Source: Squalus acanthias (Eukaryota). Taken from it: a DNA stretch of 64,000 nucleotides. The stretch's first letter is position 1; each line of letters opens with the position of its first letter. The stretch lies in NCBI GenBank assembly GCA_030390025.1, contig CM059432.1, positions 36,520,001-36,584,000 on the forward strand, in the 5' to 3' direction. A program made the position numbers and the translations under genes. Below the pieces are notes generated by a model, which had not been told where the DNA came from, did not search any database, and saw only the letters and a list, made by a program, of their open reading frames with translations. Shown piece by piece: positions 37,605 through 52,035 of the stretch.

Positions 37605-38185
37605 TGAGCACTCATCCATGCTTTTGTTACCTCCAGACTCGACTACACCTGTGCTCTCCTGGCTGGCCTTCCATCAGTCAACCCTCCATAAACTTGAGCT
37701 CATGCATAACTATGCTGCCCATATCCTACCTCGCACCAAGTCCCGTTCACCCATCACCCCTGTGCTCGCTGACCTACATTGGCTCCCGGTCCAACAACAC
37801 CTCGATTTTAAAATTCTCATCCTAGTGTTAAAATCCCTCCATATCCTCACCCCTCACTATCTCTATAACCCTCCTCCAGCCCTATAACTCTCCTACAACC
37901 GTCCAAGAACTCTGGCCTCTTATACATTCCCCACTTCCATCACCCCACCATTGGAGGCTGTGCCTTCAGCCATCGAGGCCCTATCCTCTGGAATAGCCTC
38001 CCTAAACCTCTCCGCCTCTCTTCCTTTAAGACGCTCCTTAATCCTACCCCTTTAACCAAGCTTTTAGTCACCTGTTCTAATATCTCCTTCATTGACTCAG
38101 GGTCAATTTGTGTCTGATTTACGGTCCTGTGAAGCACCTTGGGATGTTTTACTGCATTAAATGCACTATATAAATACAAGTTGTT
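37605..38185 (+). mobile_element. L2 LINE 3' end
   Basis: LIHAFVTSRLDY / PITPVLADLHWLPV / FKIL motifs and tail gcactatataaatacaagttgtt. Confidence 0.85.
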
Positions 38186-38349
38186 CTTCAGTAATTTCTT
38201 TATCCCTAATTTGTTACTTGCTTTTTCATCCCGCTCCCCAATTCCCTGTCCTCTGTCTCCTGAAGTTGCTGATTTGGAGAAGGCAGCTCAGAAAATACAA
38301 AATTAACTGAACAAAATATATAATTAGACAGAACAATGGTAGATGAATT

Positions 38350-41300
38350 ATATAGAATCTACAGCACAGAAACAGGCCATTTGGCCCAACTGGTCTATGT
38401 CGGTGTTTATACTCCATACAAGCCTCCTCCCACTCTTATTACCTCTTCCTACCCTATCCCCATATTCCGCTATTTCCTTCTCCTTCGTAGATGCATCAAG
38501 CTCCCCTTTAATGTGTCGATGCTCTCTGCTGCAGCCATTCCGTAAAGCAGAGTTCCACATTCTCACCACCCTCTGTGTAAAGAAATTCTTGCTAAATTCT
38601 TTATTTGATGTGTTCGTGGCTATCTGACTATTAAATGACATGGATGAAAGGACTGCGTGCAATGTACCCAAGTTTGCTGACAATACAAAGCTCGGTGGGA
38701 AAGTAAGCTGTGAGGAGGACACAAAGAGCCTGCAAGGAATATAGACAGGTTAAGTGAGTGGGCAATAAGGTGGCAGATGGAGTATAATGTGGGGAAATGC
38801 AAGGTTATTCACTTTGGTAGGAAGAATAGAAAAACAGAATATTTTTTAAATGGTGACTATTAAATGTTGGTGTTCAGGGAGATTTAGGTGTCCTCGTACA
38901 GGAAACGCAGAAAGTTAGCATGCAGGTACAGCAAGCAATTAGGAAGGCAAATGGCATTTTGGCCTTTATTGCAAGGGGGTTGGAGTACAAGAGTAAGGAA
39001 GTCTTACTACAATTGTACAGGGCTTTGGTGAGACCACACCTGGAGTACTGAGAACAGTTTTGATCTCCTTTTCTGAGAAAGGACATACATGCCTTAGAGG
39101 CGATGCAACGAAGGTCCACGAGATTGATCCCTGGGATGAGAGGGTTGTCCTATGAGGAGAGATTGAGTAGATTGGGCCTATACTCTCGAGTTCAGAAGAA
39201 TGAGAAGTGATCTCATTCTAACATATAAGATTCTGGGGGGCATTGACAAGGTAGATGCTGAGAGGTTGTTTCCCCTGACTGGAGAGTCTAGAACTTGGGG
39301 GCATAGTCTCAGAATAAGGGATCGACCATTTAGGATTGAGATGAGGAGAAATTTCTTCACCGAGGGTGGTGAATCTTTGGAATTCTCTACCCCAGAGGGC
39401 TGTGGAGGCTCAGTCGTTGAGTACATTCAAGACAGAGATCAATAGATTTTTCTTCTTAGTCTTTTTTCCAGAGAAAAGAGCCCCAGCCTGCTCAGTCTTT
39501 CCTGATAGTTGCATCTCTCAATTCTGATAACATACTTGTAAATCTTTTCTGCACTTTCTCCAGTGCTTCAATATCCTTTTTGTAGTATGGAGACAAGAAC
39601 TGCGCACAGTACTCCAAGTGTGGTCCTACCAAAGCTCTATATAAATTTAACATTACCTCCCTGCTTTTGTATTCTATTCCTTTAGAAATGAACCCCAATA
39701 CATTGCAGACAAGTGTACAGGACTGCACATTAGAAAGGGAAAATAGGCAACATATGTAATCCATGTGTTGAAATAGCTAAGGATGAAGTTGGAAGAGATC
39801 TAGAGGTCTTAGTAGGTTCAGTGCTCAACATCACTAATCAATGCTGAGCAGCAGTCAACAAAGCCAATAGAATGTTGAACAGTAGAGTACAAGTCAGAGG
39901 AAGTCATGCTCAAACCATACAGTGCTCTGGTCTGACCGCTCCTCCAGTACTGGGTTCAGCAAAATGTAACCCCACTATTGAAGAAAGGAGGGAGAGAGAA
40001 AACGGGAAACTACAGACTGGTTAGCCTGACATCAGTAGTAGGGAAAATGCTGGAATCTATTATTAAGGACGTGGTAACAGGGCACTTAGAAAATAGGATT
40101 GGGCAGAGTCAACACGGATTTATGAAAGGGAAATTGTGTTTGACAAATAATTTTTTGAGGTGGTAACTAGTAGAATAGATAAGTGGGGAACCAGTGGATG
40201 TGGTGTATTTGGATTTTCAGAAGGCATTCGATAAGGTGCCACACAAGAGGTTATTAAACAAAATTAGGGCACATGGGATTGGGGGTAATATACTAGCATG
40301 GATTGAGGATTGGTTAACGGACAGAAAAGAGTGTAGGAATAAACGGGTCATTTTCGGGTTGGCAGGCTGCCGCAAGGATCAGTGCTTGGGCCTCAGCTAT
40401 TCACAATCTACATCAATGATTTGGATGAGGGGACCAAATGTAATATATCCAAGTTTGCTGATGATACAAAGCTGGGTGGGAATGTAAGTTGTGAGGCGGA
40501 TTCAAGGGGATATAGACAGGCTAAGTGAGTGGGCAAGAACATGGCAAATGGAATATAATGTGGAGAAATGTGAAGTTCTCCACTTTGGTAGGAAAAATAG
40601 AAAAGCAGAGTATTTTTTAAATGGTGAGAGATTGGGAAATGTTGGTGTTCAGAGGGACCTGGGTGTCCTTGTACATGAATCACTGAAAGTTAACATGCAG
40701 GTACAGCAAGCAATTAGGAAAGCAAATGGTATGTTGGCCTTTATTACAAGAAGATTTGAGTATAAGAGTAAAGACGTCTTATTGCAATTATATAGGGCCC
40801 TGGTGAGACCACACCTGTAGTATTGTGTACAGTTTTGGTCACTTTACCTAAGGAAGGATATATTTGCCATAGAGGGAGTGCAACGAAGGTTCACCAGACT
40901 GGTTCCTGGGATGGGGGGATTGTCCTATGAGGAGAGATTGAGTAGACTAGGCCTATATTTCTCTAGAGTTTAGAAGAATGAGAGGTGATCTCATTGAAAC
41001 ATACAAAATTCTTACAGGGCTTGACAGGGTAGATGCAGGGAGGATGTTTCCCCTGGCTGGGGAGTCTAGAACCAGGGGTCACAGTCTCAGAATAAGGGGT
41101 CGGCCATTTAGAACTGAGATGAGGAGAAATTTCTTCATTCAGAGGGTGGTGAATCTTTGGAATTCTCTACCCCAGCGGGCTGTGGAGGCTCAGTTGTTGA
41201 GTATATTCAAGACACAGATCGATAGATTTTTGAATATTAAGGGAACCAAGTGATATGGGGATAGTGCAGGAAAGTGGAGATGAGGGTAGAAGATCAGCCA

Positions 41301-41810
41301 TGATCTTATTGAATGGCTCGAAGGGCCAAATGGCCTACTCCTGCTCTTATTTCTTATATTCTTATGGTAATTGAGACACGGGAGACATTCAAGTGTTGGA
41401 GGCAGTGCAGAGAACAGCTACAAGGCTGATCTCATGTCGGGTCTGAGTTACAAGAAAAGATTGGAGAATGAGCTTTTTGGATTGGGAAAGTAACAACAGA
41501 GGTTTCTAAGATAGTAAGAAGTACAGAAAAGGCAAATCTGGAACACTACTTCAAAGTACATTACGAGGTTAGGACAAGGGGACATTGACTCAAACTAGAT
41601 AAAGGCAAATTTAGAAGTGACGTCAGGAAGTTCTTCACACAAAGAACGATCAACATATGGAATGGTATTCCAGAAGAGTAGTAGAGGAGCAAACCCTGCA
41701 ATCATTTAAGAAACTATTGGATGCTGCAATGCAGAGACTTTAGGGTTTATTTTTCTCGAATGAATGAACTGAAGTGAGCCGAAAGGTCTTTGTGATCTGC
41801 AAATATCTTG
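38350..41810. mobile_element. Cluster of CR1 fragments in both orientations (38350-38620 -, 38625-39450 +, 39455-39705 -, 39960-41365 + nested in an older + copy 39780-41810)
   Basis: RT ORFs 39200-39445, 39978-41253 ([31 protein letters not shown]). Confidence 0.85.
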
Positions 41811-42554
41811 CGATTGTTGATAGGGTACAGTTCCACTGGTCCCTCGCTCTGGTGGCCATTGTTCAGTATGTCATTTTGGACAGTGCATGGCGACAGGCTG
41901 TTCACCGATGGATGGCACCACAGCTGAGCCCAATCCTGATGTCCTCGCAATTGCACTTTCCAGCAGGGGTCCCTGGATAGGGATTACAAATGGGAACACT
42001 GACTCTTTTTTTGTTGTGTTAACGTGCTGTTTATTCAGGCAATGGTGCTATTGAAGAGATTCCCCCTTCCTTGTGGTTGTATGTGATTGCTACAGTTTGC
42101 AATCTAGTCAGCCTTAAACCACATCCAGAAAATGGATTGAAACAGAATTTATTTCACAGCGGACCTGGTCTGTGGTGGGTGTGAGCTATTTAAATGCAAG
42201 AGAATTGATTGGAGTGGAATCTTTTGCAATGTCAAATGTGCATTGATTTCTCTTTGGTTAACTGCAGCATTTTCACAGCACTGTAAAACTGTAAAGGGAC
42301 AGTTCACATGAATAAAGTTTTAAAAAAAGAAAATAATTAGATGTTAACCATGAGGCATTGAGTAGGAAGGGAACTGTGCGCCTCAGTGTGCTACTATTGA
42401 CATGTTTTAAATTGCCGACAGATTATTTTCCAATTTTCTGCCCTCTTGAGTTACGATTCCAGTGTCACGGGCAGCACTCTGCTACCTTACTAAACTTTTG
42501 TTCTCTGGAAGTGGGTGACACTAGCAAGGCAGCAATTATTATCCATCCCTAACC

Positions 42555-43533
42555 CCAGGATTTCACTGCAGGAGTTCCTCAGGGCAGCATCCTAGGCCCA
42601 ACTATCTTCAGCTGCTTCATTAATGACCTTCCCTCCATCATAAGGTCAGAAGGGCCGTTCACTGACGACTGCAGTGTTCATCCCACTTTGAAATTCCTCA
42701 GATAATGAAGCAGTCCATGCCTGCATGCAGCAAGACCTGGACAATATTCAGGCTTGGGCTGACACGTGTCAGGCACTGACCATCTCAAACAAGAGAGAGC
42801 ATAACCACCTCATCCTGACATTCAATGGCATTGCCATCGCCGAGTCCCCCACCATCGACATCCGGGGGTCACCATTGACTACAAACTGAACTGGTCCATC
42901 CATATAAATGCTGTGCGTGGCTACTAGAGATGGTCAGAGACTGGGTAGCTACGGCGAGTGGCTCACCTCCTGACTCCCCAAAGCCCCTCTACCACCTACA
43001 AGTCAGGAGTGTGATGGAATATTCTCCACTTGCCTGGATGGGTGCAGCTGCAACAACACTCAAGAAGCTCAACGCCATCCAGGACTAAGCAGTCAGCTTG
43101 ATCGATACCCAATCCACTTGCTTAAACATCCACGCTATCCTATATTGAATTACCGTGGCTGCAGTGTGTACTTTCTACAGGATACACTGCAGCAACGAGC
43201 CAAGGCTCCTTCGATAGCACCTCCCAAATCTGCAGCCTCCACCACCTAGATGGATTAGTAGCAGGTGCATGGAAACACCACCACCTCCAAGTTCCCCTCC
43301 AGGACACACACCATCCTGACTTGGAAGTATATCGCCGATCCTTCATCGTCGCTGGGTCAAAATCCTGGAATTCCCTACCTAACAGCACTGTGGGAGTACC
43401 TTCGCCACACGGACTGCAGCGGTTCAAGAAGGCGGCTCACCACCACCTTCTCAAGGGCAACTAGGGATGGGCAATAAATGCTGGCCTTGCCAGCGACGCC
43501 CAGATCCCATAAGCGAATAAAAAAAAAAAAAAA
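42555..43533 (+). mobile_element. LINE family B copy (diverged 5' part, young 3' part)
   Basis: ggagttcctcagggcagcatcctaggccca (GVPQGSILGP), 3' tail and poly-A as in 21789-22489. Confidence 0.85.
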
Positions 43534-43955
43534 TGAAAGGCACTAAATAAGATGGTGTCAGCCATGGCTCAGTGGTAACACAATCCCCAGAGTCAGAAGG
43601 GTGTGGGTTCAATTAGCTGTAAAGCATTTTGGGACATCCTGAGGTCATGAAAGGCGCTATATAAATGCAAGTTATTTTACATTATATAGAGTGAATTCTA
43701 AAAAGTCATGTATTTGTTCTAAAGTTACATTTATAGCTTTACAATTGTTCCCCTGATGTCAGAGAATGGTCTTCACTGGGCAGCAGTGTTGAAATGATCA
43801 AGGTATAGTAGATTAGTGGTTGTGGTACTGGACTAGCAATCCAGATGCAATTTGTCGGTTGGCACTTTACAGCTAATTGAACCCACACCCTTCTGACTCT
43901 GGGGATCGTGTTACCACTGAGCCATGGCTGACACCATCTTATTTAGTGCCTTTCA

Positions 43956-44480
43956 TTTTTTTTTTATTCGCTTATGGGATCTGGGCGTCGCTGGCAAGGC
44001 CAGCATTTATTGCCCATCCCTAGTTGCCCTTGAGAAGGTGGTGGTGAGCCGCCTTCTTGAACCGCTGCAGTCCGTGTGGTGAAGGTACTCCCACAGTGCT
44101 GTTAGGTAGGGAATTCCAGGATTTTGACCCAGCGACGATGAAGGATCGGCGATATACTTCCAAGTCAGGATGGTGTGTGACTTGGAGGGGAACTTGGAGG
44201 TGGTGGTGTTCCCATGTGCCTGCTGCCCTTGTCCTTCTAGGTGGAAGAGGTCGCGGGTTTGGGAGGTGCTGCCGAAGAAGCCTTGGCGAGTTGCTGCAGT
44301 GCATCTTGTAAATGGTACACCCTGCAGCCACGGTACGCCGGTGGTGGAGGGAGTGAATGTTTAAAGTGATGGATGGGGTGCCAATCAAGTGGGCTGCTTT
44401 GTCCTGGATGGTGTCGAGCTTCTTGTGTGTTGTTGGAGCTGCACTCATCCAGGCAAGTGGAGAGTATTCCATCACACTCC
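43956..44480 (-). mobile_element. LINE family B copy, inverted relative to 42555-43533
   Basis: ORF 44020-44601 VMEYSPLAWMSAAP...SWNSLPNS. Confidence 0.88.
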
Positions 44481-46547
44481 CAGTGAGAAAGAAAGATCCA
44501 GTGAGAACGAAAGATTTTAAGAGAAGGGAGCACCATCCGTGGCTAACTAAGGAAGTAAAGGATGGTATCAAATTGAAAACGAAGGCATACGATGTTGCCA
44601 AGATTGGTAGGGAGACCAGAGGATTGGGAAATTTTTAAAAACCAGCAAATGATGACTAAAAAAATAATAGAGAGAGAAGATGAATTATAAGAGTAAGCTG
44701 GTAAGAAACATTAAGAGCTTCTGCAGGTATATAAAAAGGAGGAGGGTAGCTAAAGTAAACGTTGGTCCCTTAGAGGATGAGACTGGGGAATTAATAATGG
44801 GGAACGGGGAAATGGCAGAGACTCTGAACAAATATTTTGCATCTGTCTTCACTGTAGAAGACACTAACAACAATGGATAATCAAGGGGCCACAGGGAGTG
44901 GGGAAATAAAGACAATCACTATCACTAAGGAAATAGTACTTGGTAAAATAATGGGACTAAAAGACGACAAGTCCCCTGGACCAGATGGCCTGCATCCCAG
45001 GGTCTTAAAAGAAGTGGCTGCAGAGATAGTGGATGCATTGGTTGCAATATACCAAAATTCCCTGGACTCTGGAGAGGTCCCAGCGGATTGGAAAACCGCT
45101 AATGTAACACCCCTATTTAAGAAAGGAGGGAGACAGAAAGCAGGAAACTATAGACCAGTTAGCCTAATATCTGTCATTGGGTAAATGCTGGAGTCCTTCA
45201 TTAAGGAAGCAGTAGCAGGGCATTTAGAAAAACATACTGCAGTCAAACAGAGTCAGCATGGTTTTAGGAAAGGGAAATCATGTTTAACAAATTTGCTGGA
45301 GTTCTTTGAGGATGTAACAAGCAGGATGGACAAGGGTGAGCCAGTGGATGTGGTGTATTTGGATTTCCAGAAGGCATTCGATAAGGTGCCACATAAAAGG
45401 TTACTGCATAAGATAAGAGCTCACGGAGTTGGGGGTAATATATTAGCATGGATAGAGAATTGGCTAACTAACAGAAAGCAGAGAGTCGGGATAAATGGGT
45501 CATTTTCTGGTTGGCAAACGGTAACTAGTGGGGTGCCTGAAGGATCGGTGCTGGGGCCCCAACTATTTACAATCTACATTAATGACTTGGATGAAGGGAT
45601 CGAGTGTAATGTAGCCAAGTTTGCAGATGATACATAGATGGGTGGGAAAGCAAGTTGTGCAGAGGACTCAAAGAATCTGCAAAGGGATATAGACAGGCTA
45701 GGTGAGTGGGCAAACATTTGGCAGATGGAGTATAATGTGGGAAAGTGCAAGGTTATCCACTTTGGCAGGAAAAATAAAAAAGCAAACTATTATTTAAATG
45801 GAGAGAGATTCCAAAATGCTACAGTTCAGAGGGACCTGGGGGTCCTTGTGCATGAAACACAAAAAGTTAGCATGCAGGTACAGCAAGTAATCAAAAAGGC
45901 AAATGGAATGTTGGCCTTTATTTCAAGGGGGTTGGAGTATAAAAGCAGGGAAGTCCTGCTACAACTGTACAAGGTATTGGTGAGACCACACCTTGGGTAC
46001 GCGTACAGTTTTGGTCTCCTTATTTAAGGAAGGATATACTTGCATTGGAGGCAGTTCAGAGACGATTCACTAGGTTAATTCCAGAGATGAGCGGTTTGAC
46101 TTATGAGGAAAGGTTGAGCAGGTTGGGCCTATACTCATTGGAATTTAGAAGAATGAGAGATGATCTTATTGAAACATATAAGATACTGAGGGGGCTCGAC
46201 AAGGTAGATGCAGAGAGGATGTTTCCCCTCATGGGGAAATCTAGAACTCGGGGGCACAGTCTCAGAATAAAGGGTCGCCCTTTTAGAACTAAGATGAAGA
46301 GGAACTTCTTCTCTCAGAGGGTCGTAAATTTGTGGAATTCTCTGCCCAGAGAGCTGTGGAGGCTGGGTCATTAAATACATTTAAAGTGGAGATAGACAAA
46401 TTTTTGCAAGATAATGGAGTGAAGGGTTATGGGGAGCGGGCTGGGAAGTGGCTTTGAGCCCTAGATCAGCCATGATCTTATTGAATGGCGGAGCAGGCTC
46501 GAGGGGCCAAGTGGCCTATTCCTGCTCCTATTTTTTATGTTCTTATG
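44481..46547 (+). mobile_element. CR1 LINE, long ORF2 remnant with few stops
   Basis: ORFs 44873-45184, 45185-45637, 45638-46027 are collinear in one frame separated by single stops; tail tatgttcttatgtt. Confidence 0.95.
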
Positions 46548-46704
46548 TTGTGCCTTGTAGATGGTGGAAAGGCTTTGGGGAGTCAGGAGGTGAGACACTT
46601 GCCACAGAATACCTAGCCTCTGACCTGCTCTTGTTGCCACAGTATTTGTGGCTGGTCCAGTTAAGTTTCTGGTTAATGATGAACCCCAGGATGTTGATAG
46701 TCCT

Positions 46705-46992
46705 CAGGACATCCCAAAGCACTTTACAGCCAATGTATTACATTTAAAGTGCAGTCACTTTATGTAGCCAAACGTGGCAGTCAATTTGCACACATTTATA
46801 TCCCACAAACAGTAATGAGACAACTGACCAGTTACTCTGTTTTGGTGAAGTTTATTGGCCAGGACACCTACTTTTTGAATAGTGCCATGAAATCTTTTAT
46901 GTCCATCTGAACAGGCAAACCGGACCTCAGTTTAATATCTCATTCAAAAGACGACACCTCTGACAATACAGCACTCCCTCAGTACTGCAGTG
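46705..46992 (-). mobile_element. Deu-domain SINE fragment
   Basis: Reverse complement of the Deu core/tail (cccaaagcactttacagccaatg, atagtgccatg). Confidence 0.65.
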
Positions 46993-49900
46993 GAACAAAG
47001 GCACTTGCCGTTGTGCCACCCTGTAAGAGGTTACATGAACTATGAATGATCCCTGCTATATGCACACATCATTACAATGACAGATTAGAAACATGGGGAG
47101 CTCATTTTGCATTGGTTAGCATAACCCTACAGTTATTCATACATTTCACCTACAAGAGATAATCTGCCACTAGTCCTCTGGTACTTCACACAAGCAGTAT
47201 ACACTGCATCGGCAGGGTATATGATGTGGGAGGCATCCGAGATGAGCGTGATCCTGTTTTCGTCCAACTGATTTTTTTTTTTAACCTCTCCCTAACCCAA
47301 GGACAACATGCCTAATTGTAGCGCTTTAAATGTTGCCTTGACAGATCAGCTAACTCGACACACTGAGGATTGAACCTGGCACCTTCTGAGTCCATATAAC
47401 TTAGTTTCACACCAGGTCATGCACTTAGCCACTAACCGATCAGAGGAGTTGTAAAATGTTCTTCTTGCCAAGCACAGTTGGTAGAACTCCAAGTATTTGG
47501 TCTGGAGATTATGGGTTTGAATCCAACTTCAGGACTTGAGCATATAATCTAGGCATGATTTAACATGTGCTACCTTGTCAAAAGTACTTTCCTTTAGATA
47601 AAACCTTATGTCGTGGCCCTATTTACCTGTTCAGGTAAACATTAAGATCCTATGGTGCTAGTTGATGATTCTCCTGGTGACTTGACCAAATATCCTCTCT
47701 CAGCCAATGCCAACAAAAAAAACACGGATATTCATTGTTGTTTATAACATCCTACTGTGCCCAAATGACACTTTTTTTCTGTGCTCATTGATCTCATCGC
47801 TATTTGTAGGACATTATTGATGCAGAATGTCCTGCATAAACCATTGCATTCAGAAAGAAAGAAATAATTCATTGTAGTTCAATGTGATGATTGTGTTTAT
47901 AATCACTTAAAATGAAAATGTTTTGATCACAAAACTACAGTATTGTGCTGAACATTACAATCCATGAGGTCACAGGTTTGTTCCCTGGTGGAGGGGTGCT
48001 ACAATTGGGCTAGGGTGAGAGGGGGGTAGGGGAGTGGTGAGAAAGAAAATTGACCAGGGTTCCTGCTATGGGACCACTGTCCAGTGACCTTGCTGGAAAT
48101 GTACCCTGGACCTGTGCACCAATATGAATCACTGCATTTAGGGAGGGGCAGGGAAAAAGCTTGAACAAAAAGCTCCTTGGTCTTGGAGCAGATTCCTTGT
48201 AGCTCCTTTAATTCTGTTCTAGTTGGAATTGTGGGATGTAACACTCATGTCAGACGGCATGGTTCTCAGCAGTGACTTACAGTGGTTGCTATGCAGTTCA
48301 TCAACGGTGATAACAATGGGCCCTATGTGCCAGTCCCATTCAGGGGGATTAACTGTTACAACCACATTCTAGATTGAGGCGGAAAACTTCCGACAACAAG
48401 CATATGCTCCATGCTAATTACTGAGAGCAAGAACTTGCATTATCTTGAGGCATATCTCCCGTGTGAGAATCTCTCAGCACTTTTAAGTGTAGGAGGTGGA
48501 GAGATGACCATCCAAAGACGAAAAAGACTGGGGAGTTGGTGTGGGGTGCCAAAAGCAAGAGAGGGAGGGTTAAAAGACTTTTGAAGGAAAGGGGTGAATT
48601 AGTGAGACGATGTGGTTTTGGGAGTGTTCCAAAATGCGGGGATGTAATGACTGGTGGGGATTAGATGGTGGGTAAGCAATCATCAAAGTGGGCCTGCGGG
48701 GTTGGACATATGACTGGCAAAGATGTAAAGTGTAGTGAGACTATGGAGTAATTCAAAGACTAGGGCCTTGAAGGTATTTTACTGGGGTGTGTGAGACTTT
48801 GTGCCAGTTCCATTTAGGATTCTGTATCCCTATTCCATTCTTCTGTTCAACTCTTGGCCATTCCCTGGCACAGAGCAGAGACTCATATCTTCATCATTGG
48901 TTTTGAACCAACAAATGTTGCTTCTTAGCACTTTTTGCCTCTCCTCTGGGGAATACATTTTGTGCTTACATAAGAACATAAGACCATAAGAAATAGGAGC
49001 AGGAGTAGACCAATCGGCCCCTCGAGCCTGCTCCGCCATTCAATGAGATCATGGCTGATCTGATCCAACCTCAACTCTAAAGAACACAAGAAGTAGGAGC
49101 AGGACCAGGCCACTCGGCCCCTGGGCCCACTCCGCCACCCACAGGGCCTTGACCGATCCGAACTCAAACTCATGTCCAATTTCCAGCTTCTTGAGGACAG
49201 ACAAAGATCAGAGTATGGCAGTTTGAGCGAAGCAGTATCCTGCCTCTGCGTTTGTGGAAAAACCCATCTCATCATCTCTCTGCTTCCAGTTCCAGTGCTG
49301 ACTCATGTTTGGGCCCAACTGCTTGAGTTGTGATGTTTGTTCTTGAAGAGACCTGTTGTTGGAGCTTTTTCTTTTGTTAAGGCATGGAAGCTATGTCATG
49401 TTGATCATGGAGATTGTATAGAAGAGCAGTGTCTGCTTTAGGTTCAGTTTATATTTTGTCGAGCCAAGTATATTTTTTCCTTATACTTCTGAAATTCCAT
49501 GGGATGTTTCTTCATTAAAGGCACTATATAAATGCAAGTTATTATTTGCTAATCCTGTGGTAGAAAGGTCTGACATGAGCTTTCATAGGGAGATGGGGGT
49601 TTTGCATAATAATTTTGACATGGAGTATAGCAGACTGTTAAACAAAACTTTGCGAGTGATCCTAGTGGTGCTTGTTTCCTGGCCTGTGCTGAGTTAACTT
49701 CTCAGCCAGAGAGTATTCGAGATTCCACAGTTGGGCACATCAACCCCGTAAAGAGAGAAAAAAATCAGCCAGGTTTCTCGCTCCTGATGGCTGCTTACAG
49801 TGAGTCCTGCTGGAAGTGCACTTGTGGATGTCCGGTAAGCATAGAATTGAGCTTGGCTGCGATTCCAACAACCATTGAACGATCTACTAACACTCACTAT

Positions 49901-50694
49901 TGAGACTTGCATATGCAGAGAGACTCCCTTTGGCTGCCCATGTCTGTGGACTGTATCCTAAGAAGAGTCTACACATTCAGAGGAGGGTTTGTGGGGGTGG
50001 GGGAAGAATCTCACTGATTGGTATTCAGTGTAATTATCCTGTGTGAAATGGAGTAGATGTGGTTTGATGAAGCAATAATGAAACACTTTATAAATACTTC
50101 GGATCTGCTTGTTTGCTGACTGAAGTTTTACAGGAATTAGGAGAGAGAATAAGGGGAAGAGCTGGCTCTTCAGTAGAAAATGAGATTTTTCTGCTATCAT
50201 GCTGCCCGGACGCATTATTTATACATCATGACAGGCAGAGAAAAACCTAGCCTTTGAAATTTGGTTTCCACAAGAACATTGCAAACCTCATTCTTTGGAT
50301 GAAAAATGTCAATAATCTAATTTGATGCACGCACCACTGCTCCACTAATTCCCCCCTTCCCCCCACTCTACCAATGCATTTTGAATTTTTTTTTGGGAGC
50401 TATTTTTCCAACATCATCCAAAGGTGCAGCCTCTTGCTAGGGTACAGTTTCACAGGCAACCAGCAGCATTACACTACCTAGCTCAATTGGTTATTCCTTT
50501 TTTGACCATCATGGATATTGGATATTCAGCAGTGGAGGCTATCACGGCTGGGTTTAATCCTGCCTTCGTCCGGCATGCACTTTCCAGCAGGTGTCACTGG
50601 ATAAAGATCGGGCGTGAGAGTTCTCTACATCAGGATGATGAGACCCAATTTGAGTGCCCTTACTGCCATCCTGGCTAAGATTAGCTAACTCAAC

Positions 50695-50895
50695 AACAAC
50701 TAGCATTTTTATCGTGCCTTTAACACAGTAAAACATCCCAAGGCGCTTCACAGAAGCGTTATCAAAAAAGTTTGACACCAAGCCACATGAGATATTAAGA
50801 CAGGTGACCAAAAGCTTGGTCAAAGAGGTAGGTTTTAAGGAGCATCTTAAAGGAGGAGAGAGAGGCAGCGAGGCTTAGGGAGGTAATTCCAGGGA
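50695..50895 (-). mobile_element. L2 3' tail
   Basis: (caa)n...ggtgaccaaaagcttggtcaaagaggtaggttttaaggag. Confidence 0.75.
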
Positions 50896-51514
50896 ACGCA
50901 ACACACCTGTGCTTCAGCTGAAGGAGGACTTGCAAATATTGTAGCACTTCATTAGACTAATGATAAGTTCGATCCTTTACAGTGCTATTTGATGTGTCCA
51001 TCCTAACTGTACAGGGCTCTTGTACACTGGCTCCCAATCCCTCAGTCCCCGAACATCTCAAATTTTAAAATTCTCCTCATCTTTAAATCTCTCGAATGCA
51101 CTACCAGAATTAGTGATTGAATCAGAGGCCATATCAACATTTATGAATAGGTTAGATAGGTGGTTGAAGGAAACTGGGATAAAGGAATATTGAAAAGAGC
51201 GGGTACAGGGGATTAAGACTACTGCTCACAACCTGTTTCTGCGTTATAAGGTCAATGTCCTTGCCCCTACCCACCCCACCTCTCCACAGTGCAGGGGTAC
51301 TGAGGCCCAGTTGAAATTAACTGATGCCATACAGACTGGGGATCTATCCTGGGACCCTGCACACTGGCTTCATCAGATGAGCTAGTGGGTGGAATTAAGT
51401 AGACCACATTTTAAAGGCGTCATATCCTGTACCTCAAAAGACAACTGGTTGGAAGCAGGCTCTGTATACATGGCATTATGTCCTTTTTACTTATCCTCTG
51501 GATGTGCACATCAG

Positions 51515-52035
51515 TGCAAAGGCCAGCATGTATTTCCCATACCTAGTTGCCCAAGTCAGGATGGTATGTGACTTGGAGGGGCACTTGGAGGTGATGGCAG
51601 TGGTAAGCGCCGCCTTGAACCGCTGCAGTCCATGTGGTGAAGGTACTCTCATAGCAATGTTCCCGCTAATTTTTCTTTCGGGTGCACGGCCCATTCAAAT
51701 TTCCACGCATGCGCAGTTTTTTCTATTATAACGCCATTGAGCGGCCTACGCGGGACCTGCAGATCGCTGCGCAGCTTAACGGGAACATTGTCTCACAGTG
51801 CTTGTTAGGTAGGGAGTTCCAGGATTTTGACCCAGCGACTATGAAGGATCGGCGATATATGTCCAAGTCAGGATGGTATGTGACTTGGAGGGGCACTTGG
51901 AGGTGATGGTGTTCCCATCCACCTGCTCTCCTTAGCCTTCTAGATGGTGGAAGTCATGGGTATGGGAGGTGCTACCGAAGAAGTGTTGACGAGTTGCTGC
52001 AGTGCATCCTGTAGACAGGACACACTGCAGCCCAG
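51515..52035 (-). mobile_element. LINE family B 3' fragment carrying a hAT MITE
   Basis: Matches 44020-44330; interrupted at 51655-51790. Confidence 0.8.
51655..51790. mobile_element. hAT MITE (same family as 34453-34624)
   Basis: caatgttcccgctaa ... ttaacgggaacattg; TSD tctcatag / tctcacag. Confidence 0.85.

Noticed and set aside
44481..46547. Possible intact, active or domesticated reverse transcriptase
   Set aside because: In-frame stops (45182, 45635), frameshifts and 5' truncation; all other RT ORFs in the window are similarly broken.
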